Notes under the pieces: generated by a model
Seen by the model: the letters and a program-made list of their open reading frames with translations, nothing else
Told to the model about the DNA's origin: nothing
The model's database searches: none
Source: a virus
Lineage: Duplodnaviria; Caudoviricetes
DNA: 24,205 nucleotides
IMG/VR virus record: IMGVR_UViG_3300032607_001821
Span: 1 to 24,205 of that record
Strand: one strand, 5' to 3'
In this document: piece by piece, positions 1 through 7,472 of the stretch
Numbering within the stretch: position 1 is the stretch's first letter
Layout of the letters: each line of letters opens with the position of its first letter
Made by a program: the position numbers and the translations under genes

Positions 1-1100
1 GTATTTAATGAAATGATTGTTCTGATAGTATTTGCAGCAACATTATGAGAAAGACTTCCACCTGATCTATAGTAGATAGACAATGTTGTATTGACAGGTG
101 TTACTCCTAGACTTTTTGTCTGAAGTAACGCATTTGGATCGATTGCAACTCTTGAGAATGTTTTTCTATCACCGTACAATGGTAAAGCAACTTCACTAGG
201 ATCTGGTATGATGTCATCATCAAGTGTGTCTACTCTTCCCGAACCAAATACAAGCGAAGTGACTGCCGTGTTAAGCGTTGTCTTTGTATAGAAACGATAG
301 GGTGCAGGAACGATATAAAGATTGTCAGGTACAACGTCATTGTCTGATGCTGTGTTAGATACGCGCTTAAAAACAACGTCATTTGTAAGCGACTCAACTT
401 CATAGTACTCGTTTAGATCAGAATCTACAACGCTCAGAATCTCTGAAACATTATTTCTTGAAAGAGTAATGTTTCTGAATGGGACAAACGTGTTTGGTAT
501 GACAAATTTTTCTTCAATTGTCTCACCTGATGAGCATAGGGAACTTCTGAGCAATGAATAAGTGAGAGGATTGCCTGCATTATCAGATGTTAAGACACTT
601 ACGTCAGCAGTCAGCGCGCCGTTAGACATACTCGCAAAATTGATATCATCTAGCAATTCAAAGACAGTTCCATTGCTTGCTTGTAATTTTGTCTTTGATC
701 TTATGATAGGCAGATAAGCATGTTTAGGTCGATAGACACCACTAACAAGCTCAGATTCTACCTTGATGTAGAAACTTACCATACAAGATGCAGGTGATGC
801 GCCTTGTATCTTCACACCTGCAAGTCTGATCTGGCGTTCGATATTCGTCGGTTCAACGGCAGTTTCAAGATTTAATTCATTGAATTGGTGATCAAGATAG
901 AATGACATTACGTCACCCACGTACGATGTCATATCATTGAACATTCCACCAAGCGATGCATCGCTAAAGTCCTGAATCTGGTCAGGAAAGTATGTCTTGA
1001 CGTATCGCAGCAGTTCAGACTTGAAAGAGTTGAAATCACGATTGAGATATGATCTCTCTTTTTTCTGAACAAGATTTTTCTTGATGTTGAATGTAGACAT
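1..1100 (-). CDS. Baseplate wedge protein, T4 gp6/baseplate J-like (3' end runs off the window)
   Basis: Not in the ORF track. Manual translation from ATG at 1100 gives MSTFNIKKNLVQKKERSYLNRDFNSFKSELLRYVKTYFPDQIQDFSDASLGGMFNDMTSYVGDVMSFYLDHQFNELNLETA..., the typical gp6 N-terminus. Later come LVFGSG and IYYRSGGSLSHNVAANTI. The frame is open to position 1 and the gene follows a gp25-like gene. Confidence 0.88.
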   Translation of the reverse strand, partial: MSTFNIKKNLVQKKERSYLNRDFNSFKSELLRYVKTYFPDQIQDFSDASLGGMFNDMTSYVGDVMSFYLDHQFNELNLETAVEPTNIERQIRLAGVKIQGASPASCMVSFYIKVESELVSGVYRPKHAYLPIIRSKTKLQASNGTVFELLDDINFASMSNGALTADVSVLTSDNAGNPLTYSLLRSSLCSSGETIEEKFVIPNTFVPFRNITLSRNNVSEILSVVDSDLNEYYEVESLTNDVVFKRVSNTASDNDVVPDNLYIVPAPYRFYTKTTLNTAVTSLVFGSGRVDTLDDDIIPDPSEVALPLYGDRKTFSRVAIDPNALLQTKSLGVTPVNTTLSIYYRSGGSLSHNVAANTIRTIISLN

Positions 1101-1103
1101 TCG

Positions 1104-1604
1104 TTAGCTCATTGCTGTAAGAGTGATATCAAGCTTTCTTGCTTGTATTCCTAATCGTTGTATTGAGTATGTGACAGTTACAATAATTCTTGAAAAGCCG
1201 TCATTCTTTGGAGCCTGTGGTGTACAGACAACGTTATTCACACTCACTTGCGGCATGTACTTTTGAGTCGTATTGATAATTGCACGTGAAGCTTTCTCAT
1301 CCCAATCATCTTGTGATACACGTTCAGTTAGAAGCGAGTTCAGATTTGCACCAAATTCAGGATACATGAGTCTTTCACCGTAATTCGTGAGAATCATGTT
1401 CTTAAAGTTATCTATTATGTCTGATTCGATGTCAAGATGCTGGTCAAATAATTGGCCTCTTTTTGTAGCTTTTCGTAATGGTGTTTTGATGCCTATCGGA
1501 GGAGAATCAACTGACGGAACGGTCTCGATTCTCTGACTTATTACGCTACCGCCGCCCTTAAATGACCTTGTCGTATGTGTAGTTGTTGTAGATGTTGTTG
1601 CCAT
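1104..1604 (-). CDS. Baseplate wedge subunit, GPW/gp25 family
   Basis: Signature NMILTNYGERLMYPEFGANLNSLL and KYMPQVSVNNV; 166 aa; directly upstream of the gp6-like gene. Confidence 0.9.
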   Translation of the reverse strand: MATTSTTTTHTTRSFKGGGSVISQRIETVPSVDSPPIGIKTPLRKATKRGQLFDQHLDIESDIIDNFKNMILTNYGERLMYPEFGANLNSLLTERVSQDDWDEKASRAIINTTQKYMPQVSVNNVVCTPQAPKNDGFSRIIVTVTYSIQRLGIQARKLDITLTAMS

Positions 1605-1611
1605 ATAGGTC

Positions 1612-1619
1612 TAATTATG
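1612..1619 (-). promoter_or_regulatory. Candidate phage late promoter element CATAATTA, 7 nt upstream of the gp25 ATG
   Basis: The minus strand reads CATAATTAgacctatATG in the largest intergenic gap. It resembles the T4-type single-box late promoter, and related TATGATTA boxes occur at 6612-6619 and 7454-7461. Confidence 0.35.
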
Positions 1620-1652
1620 TTGTTGTCAAGTTCCCCGATACATCAATTCGAA

Positions 1653-2789
1653 TCAATCGCTCTTCATTATCTTTGAGCTAAATGAATTTGCAGACAAATT
1701 TGTCACAAGTGTCGTTACGTTAGGAAGCGGCACACCAAGTGTTCCAAATGCTGCAAGAATATCAAATAAAGCATATGCTAATTGACTTTGAAAACCTGCT
1801 GCATCAATGATGACACTTGTTGCTTGATTTCCATCACCTGATGTCACAGTGACATTTGATCCATCCAGCACGATCCCAACAGCACTGGCGTCTGTTTCTG
1901 CTGATATCTTGATGTCTTTTCTTGCATGAAGTCTGATCTTGTCTGATCTTTCAACAATCGATGCACCTGAACCGAGATCAGTGCCAATCTTTATTCCAAA
2001 GCTAGAATCAGGATTCATGCCCATGGATGCATGAATCCTCGAGAGGTCATTTTTAAGATCTAGATTGCCCTCATCTACATTTCCATAGAACGTCTTGTCA
2101 TTCTCGTTATATTGACGTGCATTCAAGAATTCATGCCCAGATGAAGTGTCAGATGTTTGACCTCGTCCTACAACAATGTCCACCATGCCTGTCTTTGGTG
2201 AATTTTGTCCTAGAGAAGAAGCACTGCCAAGTGTAATAAGTGAATTGTTTGATCCCTGTAAAGAGAAATCCGTGCTTATCGCAGAATATCTCGGAACGAC
2301 TTCACCCTGGAATTCAGCTTTAATAGCATCAGAGTTATCGTAGACTGTCGTATATGAGATTCCAGCATCGCCGAAGTCAGGAAACAATTTAGCAGGCTGG
2401 TTTTTATCAGATGTCAAGTTAACGCTGAATGCGGATCGATCATTGTGGGTGTAATTAAGATCTTCTGCGATCAAATTCGACACCTTACGTGACATCCAGT
2501 ATCCAATCTTTCCGCTAAACAGGACGAAGACCTGCTCACCTGGCTTGATCGGTGCTTTCATATGGGAAAAGAAAGGATAGAAGACACGCAAATCGACGCC
2601 TGTATGAGAGTCTAAAATCCTTCCAATAAATGACCCACGTGGCATATTCATCAATCGCTCGGGCGTTGTGAATGACATGTCGAGATCGATATATTTTTTT
2701 GAGATTGCGTCTGCTTCATCGTATGATTCAACAGGTCGTTTGAAATATTCGACAACAACTGCTGTGTAGATTCTTGACATCAATTCCAT
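1653..2789 (-). CDS. Putative baseplate hub/central spike protein (gp5/VgrG-like, OB-fold N-terminus plus short beta-strand repeats)
   Basis: FYPFFSHMKAPIKPGEQVFVLF resembles the gp5 OB-fold P-x-x-GE-x-V motif. The segments DFSLQGSNNSLITLG and SDKIRLHARKDIKISAE look like beta-helix repeats. Gene order is spike-gp25-gp6. Confidence 0.6.
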   Translation of the reverse strand: MELMSRIYTAVVVEYFKRPVESYDEADAISKKYIDLDMSFTTPERLMNMPRGSFIGRILDSHTGVDLRVFYPFFSHMKAPIKPGEQVFVLFSGKIGYWMSRKVSNLIAEDLNYTHNDRSAFSVNLTSDKNQPAKLFPDFGDAGISYTTVYDNSDAIKAEFQGEVVPRYSAISTDFSLQGSNNSLITLGSASSLGQNSPKTGMVDIVVGRGQTSDTSSGHEFLNARQYNENDKTFYGNVDEGNLDLKNDLSRIHASMGMNPDSSFGIKIGTDLGSGASIVERSDKIRLHARKDIKISAETDASAVGIVLDGSNVTVTSGDGNQATSVIIDAAGFQSQLAYALFDILAAFGTLGVPLPNVTTLVTNLSANSFSSKIMKSD

Positions 2790-2792
2790 GAT

Positions 2793-3179
2793 TTAATCTC
2801 TATCTTCAAAGCTGCCGATTTTGTCATAAATCGATGCAGTATCATTTTGTCGTGAGTCTTCTTTTACAATAAGTTCTGCAAGTTTTAAGATTTGATCGTT
2901 TGCTTTTGACATCCTTTCAATGTATTTCACAATGACAGGACCTAAAATATTGTGATTAGCAGAATTACCTCTTACTTGTATCAATACATCAGTGAACAAG
3001 ATAGAAGCATTTTCACGATCTGTCGTGGCATTATTATAAATTTCTTGCCATAGAATTCTGCGCTTGTCATCAAGGTCTTTAATGCTCTGAAGCATATCAT
3101 TGAAATGCTCAACCTTCTTTTCTTTTTCATTGAACTTTTCAAGTGCATTTGTATAAGTTTCTACGGACGCTTTTGACAT
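2793..3179 (-). CDS. Phage hypothetical helical protein (possible terminase small subunit-like)
   Basis: 128 aa, predicted all-helical with a helix-loop-helix core (LWQEIYNNATTDRENA...LGPVIVKYIERMSKANDQILKLAELI). It has a good SD (AGGAG) upstream. The function is an inference. Confidence 0.55.
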   Translation of the reverse strand: MSKASVETYTNALEKFNEKEKKVEHFNDMLQSIKDLDDKRRILWQEIYNNATTDRENASILFTDVLIQVRGNSANHNILGPVIVKYIERMSKANDQILKLAELIVKEDSRQNDTASIYDKIGSFEDRD

Positions 3180-3187
3180 GGTATCTC

Positions 3188-3904
3188 CTAAAAGATCAGA
3201 GTCTTACTTATTTCTCTGTAATGCTTTCTAATTGACGACATTGAGGAAGACAGCTGCTTAGGTGACAAATTGGTCATGTCTCTAACATAGACAAAAATTG
3301 CACGCTTATTGAGACTCTCTAGTGTGTCAGCTTTGTCAAATAGCTTCAAGATGCAGTCCATGCAGATCTTGTCATTCTCGCAAGAGAGACGATTTTTGAC
3401 TCTATTTAAGATTGTATTGATGTTTTCAAGCGTATTTGCTTGAATTGTTTCTGTCGTAAGAAGCGGATCATGCTTGTGAATATCAAAAGGAATGATCTCA
3501 ATTTCTGAGATTACGCCTGCATCTTCCATGCTAACATGTCTATTTGAATACTTTTGCTTTTGACGACTTTTAACGATTATCCAGTTTTTAGCAACAACAT
3601 TAAAATAGCTGAATGCTTTTGAGCCGCGGCTTGCATCAAATTTCTTAAGTGTCTCATACAAAAATGTGACACAATCGTTTTTGAATTCATCAGACATGAT
3701 CACACTTACTGCTCCATGTATGAATATCAGATTTTCCACAAGCTTATTGAATGCAGGAAAAATTTCATCAACATAGATCTGTGATTTGATCTTAGCATCA
3801 TTTTCTGCTTGAAAACTTACGATTGCATCGTGTGTTCCAGAATGAAAGTAATGCTTGAGATCATTCGCTCGGGCGACTCTTTTCTTTTTGATTGTTGTCT
3901 TCAT
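3188..3904 (-). CDS. Phage RNA polymerase sigma-factor-like protein (sigma70 region 2; gp55-type late sigma)
   Basis: HYF...AFNKLVENLI...DEFKNDCVTFLYETLKKFDASRGSKAFSYFNVVAKNWII matches the region 2 KFDxxxG-x-AFSYF pattern. The start was moved from 3982 to ATG 3904 (MKTTIKKKR) to reduce overlap with the upstream gene. Confidence 0.75.
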   Translation of the reverse strand: MKTTIKKKRVARANDLKHYFHSGTHDAIVSFQAENDAKIKSQIYVDEIFPAFNKLVENLIFIHGAVSVIMSDEFKNDCVTFLYETLKKFDASRGSKAFSYFNVVAKNWIIVKSRQKQKYSNRHVSMEDAGVISEIEIIPFDIHKHDPLLTTETIQANTLENINTILNRVKNRLSCENDKICMDCILKLFDKADTLESLNKRAIFVYVRDMTNLSPKQLSSSMSSIRKHYREISKTLIF

Positions 3905-4193
3905 CTGTACTCGTCTCTTGCGAACTAGATAGTCTACTAGCAACGAAGAGGATAGCATCTCTAGAAACAGAGATGTCCTCAATAACCTGTCTTATTTCGA
4001 TGGAGTCAAAAAAGACAGGCTTCTGCATAATGTCAGTCATTTTTGCATATCTTTCATCAAATACGTCAAGCGCATCTTCAATTGCATCTTGTGTGCGAAG
4101 AATAACTAGACCAAATTTATATGACTTATATGCAAAATAAGCTGTTGCAATTGACAAGGCGATTAGTGTTAAAACAAGTAGTAGTATGATCAT
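3861..4193 (-). CDS. Small single-pass membrane protein with coiled-coil region
   Basis: Hydrophobic N-terminus MIILLLVLTLIALSIATAYFAY followed by a helical segment; starts 1 nt after the GT4 stop. Confidence 0.7.
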   Translation of the reverse strand: MIILLLVLTLIALSIATAYFAYKSYKFGLVILRTQDAIEDALDVFDERYAKMTDIMQKPVFFDSIEIRQVIEDISVSRDAILFVASRLSSSQETSTDEDNNQKEKSRPSE

Positions 4194-4194
4194 T

Positions 4195-5358
4195 TTATTT
4201 AATGACGCTTTCTAGGGTTTTAGTGTAATTTTGCACAATTGCAGTTCTTGAGAATGACTTCTTGCATTTTAATGACAACTCATTTGCCCAACCTTTTGGG
4301 ACATCAAAGCTATCTCTAAACTTCTTAAGCTTCTTTTTAAAGTCTTGCTCCTTGGGATTTGCCCAACGTGAGTTTTCTACAAATATCCGTTGATCGATCT
4401 TGTTTGCAGGCACATTGACTAGATCATAGTCTATCGAGATAAACTTGCCTAAATTCATAAAATCGAGCTGGCCTGACCAGTTTGTTGTGATAACAGGTAG
4501 ACCAGCAATAGATGCATCTAATATAGGTATACCGAAGCCTTCTCCGCGTGTAAGGCTTATAAAGCACTTGACAGATGGGTGCCTGTATACAGATGCTATC
4601 TCATGATCAGAGAGATTTCCATGCAAGACATGAATCTTTGGAAAGCTTCCTTTTCTGAATGCGTTAAGTGCTTGTGTGATCACACTAAACACATTTTCTC
4701 TATCAATCTCTGTGCCACGCCCTAGATTTGTCTTAAGAATTAGACCCACATTTGGATCATTCTCAAATGTCTCGCAAAACCATCGTAGCGTATTGAATAT
4801 ATTTTTTCTATCGCCTGACTCTTCCAATGAAGTAAGCTGTGAAACAATCAAAAAGTTGAATGATGTGTCAAATTTAATTGATGTAATTGATTCAAGCGGC
4901 TCCAAGTCAAGTTCTTCTTGATACCATTCGCCAATGACTTCAATCGGCGTTGTGATTGTTCCAGATCGCATAAACGTGTTTTTTACATGCTTGCTTGGAA
5001 CAATCACTAAATTCATCTTGTTGATGGCATCAATCCAGCCAGGATTACAAATATCTGTTTCAACACCTGCTGTTATGCCTATATTGAATGCAGCTAGATC
5101 AGTTGCCCATTCATCTGGAAGCTGGACTTGGAATGAAACATCAAACCCGCTTGTGTCGTTTGTCGATTGTGACATTATCTTTTCAACGTCACCATTAAAT
5201 CCTGCAGGATTTATACACCATGCTGTATTGCCCCATTGAACAATTTGTGTCTTGAGTGTGATATTATCACGACTTGACAAGAATCGATATATCTGTCTAG
5301 AATGCTCGCCGTACCCAGAGATACTAAGCATCGGCGCACGAATAACTACATTTTTCAT
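4195..5358 (-). CDS. Glycosyltransferase, GT4 family (GT-B)
   Basis: N-terminal SGYGEHSR, then RKN, and RGEGFGIPILDASIAGLPVITTNWSG (E-x7-E/D motif). Confidence 0.9.
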   Translation of the reverse strand: MKNVVIRAPMLSISGYGEHSRQIYRFLSSRDNITLKTQIVQWGNTAWCINPAGFNGDVEKIMSQSTNDTSGFDVSFQVQLPDEWATDLAAFNIGITAGVETDICNPGWIDAINKMNLVIVPSKHVKNTFMRSGTITTPIEVIGEWYQEELDLEPLESITSIKFDTSFNFLIVSQLTSLEESGDRKNIFNTLRWFCETFENDPNVGLILKTNLGRGTEIDRENVFSVITQALNAFRKGSFPKIHVLHGNLSDHEIASVYRHPSVKCFISLTRGEGFGIPILDASIAGLPVITTNWSGQLDFMNLGKFISIDYDLVNVPANKIDQRIFVENSRWANPKEQDFKKKLKKFRDSFDVPKGWANELSLKCKKSFSRTAIVQNYTKTLESVIK

Positions 5359-6605
5359 TAAAATGTCCTCACTACCCAGTCTGTTTTCTTTTCACGCCAC
5401 GTATTAATCAAGTTTAATGCTGTATCATGCCATGCATCAATTGTATCCTGATAGGCGAATTCACTTGTTGCATAATCTCTAACTTTCTTTCGAAGTGCTT
5501 GCTTCTTATCATCAGGTAATTTGTACAAATCCATGATTCCCTTTGCAATGCTCTCATTAGAGACGTAATCTTCCCAAATGTAAGGAACCATTTGACTTCC
5601 AACCAAAGTCCTACAATCAACATCTAATGCAATTCCATTTTGTGAACCGTCACGATGGTCTACAACTTGCCTCGTGAGTCCGCCTGTCTTGCAGGCAATA
5701 ATAGGAACGCCTGCGCTCATTGCCTCAAGTGTTCCTAGACCAAATCCTTCTGCAAAGCTGATATTAATGCAGAAGTCTGATATATTGTAAAGAAGATTTA
5801 GCTTGTCAAATTCGATTCGTTCTTTCGAGAAGATGACATTATCTGCGATCCCAAGCATATCAGCCACTGCAACAAGGTTAGGACCTTCCTGATCAAATGG
5901 ATCTGTGTGCATAACCATTGTTGCTTTCTTGTGACCCGTTTGTTTATGGAGCTCTTCAAGAAATAATTTCCAAGATACTAACACATCGCCAGGCCTCTTG
6001 CGGCGAGCATTTCTATTGATCCACATGCCAATAAAATGATCGTCCTTATCAGGTCCTAACATGCTTCTACGATACGACTTCCTAACATGATCATCAAGAG
6101 GAAAGAAGACGTCATCAGGGATTGCATGTGGGATGAAATTTACCTTGTCGGGAAACTGGTCCTTGATTAGTTCATATGTCATGTGTGAATGACAATTAAT
6201 CAAGTCAGTAGACTTATAAAAGACATCATTGAATTTTGGAAAAGGCGCATTATCCCAAACATGCCACCATGCAATGGGGCACATCTGGTGTATCTCATCT
6301 TCCATCTCAAACAACCACGTAAAGAATCGTGGGTCTGTAAAGATCAAGAGTAGATCTGGTTTTTCTGTAGCAATTGTCAACCTTAGCAGGTCTCTATTAC
6401 CAAAACCGTCAATAGGCTTGATAATTAAGTCATCATTTACGACAATTGTTCTATAGTCTGTATGCTTGACTGCAGCACCAAACTGCCTGAATGTCCAACA
6501 ACTCTTCTTGATCATTCCCATTAGAAGATGTCGTGTTTGAGTGCCTACACCACTTGTTGATAAGGCGTGATCAGAGAGAACTAAAACTTTGAATTTCTTA
6601 TTCAT
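5358..6605 (-). CDS. Glycosyltransferase, GT4 family (GT-B)
   Basis: SDHALSTSGVGTQTR, NRNARRKR and AEGFGLGTLEAMSAGVPII motifs. Confidence 0.92.
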   Translation of the reverse strand: MNKKFKVLVLSDHALSTSGVGTQTRHLLMGMIKKSCWTFRQFGAAVKHTDYRTIVVNDDLIIKPIDGFGNRDLLRLTIATEKPDLLLIFTDPRFFTWLFEMEDEIHQMCPIAWWHVWDNAPFPKFNDVFYKSTDLINCHSHMTYELIKDQFPDKVNFIPHAIPDDVFFPLDDHVRKSYRRSMLGPDKDDHFIGMWINRNARRKRPGDVLVSWKLFLEELHKQTGHKKATMVMHTDPFDQEGPNLVAVADMLGIADNVIFSKERIEFDKLNLLYNISDFCINISFAEGFGLGTLEAMSAGVPIIACKTGGLTRQVVDHRDGSQNGIALDVDCRTLVGSQMVPYIWEDYVSNESIAKGIMDLYKLPDDKKQALRKKVRDYATSEFAYQDTIDAWHDTALNLINTWREKKTDWVVRTF

Positions 6606-6628
6606 GCTCCCTAATCATATGCCGTCCT

Positions 6629-7438
6629 TCAACTGGTAAATGGCTTAAAATCATTTGATCCTGGACAACTATCAGTTGATTTGAAATCACAATATGTGCA
6701 TGACATTCTATTTTTCACAGTGACGCCAGACATGACACCGTTGATCATTGATGAGACAAGTTTGTTTGATTTTTCCAGCATTACAGGACCTGCGGAAATT
6801 TCAACAAGCTCACAAGATTTTCCTTGTTTTGAGCCGCGCTTAAGAAGCACAAAACCGCACTTAATGTCTTTTGGATCAATTTCAAATTTCTGTGAACAAT
6901 AGGATTTGTACAGTGCAATCTGTGCTTGAACTAAAAAGTCTTGCTTTTTTTCTGTTCGCCATCCTCTAGATGAAGATGTCTTCCAGTCTATAACCCATAG
7001 ACAATCTTTTCCGCGCTTGTTCTTTGCACGAATCATACCGTCTATGAAACCCTTGAATTTGATATCATGATTTTCAATAGGCTCATATAATGCATGTTCT
7101 GCAGAAATACAAGTCCAATTTTCAAAAGTTGCATCTAAATATGCAGGTATTTCATCAAGGAGGAACAGGCCTTCCTTAAGCCATTTTTCACAATCAGCAA
7201 ACTGGTGTTTGTCCCATGTCTCACGCAGAGTTTTCTCAAGACGAGCTCGATCAAATTGCCGTGTCTTCAGATAAGTTTCACATTCAGCGTGAACAATTGT
7301 TCCAAATGAGACATTAGCATTAGGCTTGAAGAGATCAATCTTATCAATGTAGACAAGCTTGTGCTTCCACGGACATTCTTTCCATGTCTTTACTTCAGAA
7401 TACGATATATGAGGCTTGCCAGTAGGGAATGAGGTCAT
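6629..7438 (-). CDS. PD-(D/E)XK nuclease, Cas4/RecB-like exonuclease with putative 4Fe-4S cluster
   Basis: ISYS...ECPWK, GTIVH, E-x-KGFIDG, VIDWKT, QIALY, and C-terminal CTYCDFKSTDSC (1+3 Cys arrangement). Confidence 0.88.
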   Translation of the reverse strand: MTSFPTGKPHISYSEVKTWKECPWKHKLVYIDKIDLFKPNANVSFGTIVHAECETYLKTRQFDRARLEKTLRETWDKHQFADCEKWLKEGLFLLDEIPAYLDATFENWTCISAEHALYEPIENHDIKFKGFIDGMIRAKNKRGKDCLWVIDWKTSSSRGWRTEKKQDFLVQAQIALYKSYCSQKFEIDPKDIKCGFVLLKRGSKQGKSCELVEISAGPVMLEKSNKLVSSMINGVMSGVTVKNRMSCTYCDFKSTDSCPGSNDFKPFTS

Positions 7439-7443
7439 AGACT

Positions 7444-7465
7444 ATTCTATGCATAATCATAGAAT
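7444..7465. repeat. Perfect 8-bp inverted repeat ATTCTATG-N6-CATAGAAT (operator or hairpin candidate)
   Basis: Arms at 7444-7451 and 7458-7465 with loop CATAAT; overlaps the -10 box and the spacer of the promoter above. Confidence 0.7.
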
Positions 7466-7472
7466 TTTACAA
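7444..7472 (-). promoter_or_regulatory. sigma70-like promoter TTGTAA-N17-TAGAAT for the nuclease gene, probably leaderless
   Basis: Minus strand: -35 TTGTAA (7467-7472), 17-nt spacer, -10 TAGAAT (7444-7449), then only 5 nt (agtct) to ATG 7438. It fills most of the 34-nt intergenic gap. Confidence 0.6.

Noticed and set aside
1613-1629. Perfect TTGACA (minus strand, 1624-1629) plus CATAAT as a sigma70 promoter
   Set aside because: The two boxes are only about 4 nt apart, incompatible with the 16-18 nt spacing.
1-2789. T6SS or eCIS locus instead of a phage tail
   Set aside because: The wedge protein is T4 gp6-like rather than TssF/G-like, no T6SS membrane complex or ATPase is seen, and neighbours are a phage-type sigma and a Cas4-like nuclease.
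6629-7438. CRISPR-Cas system
   Set aside because: No repeat-spacer array and no other cas genes in the window.
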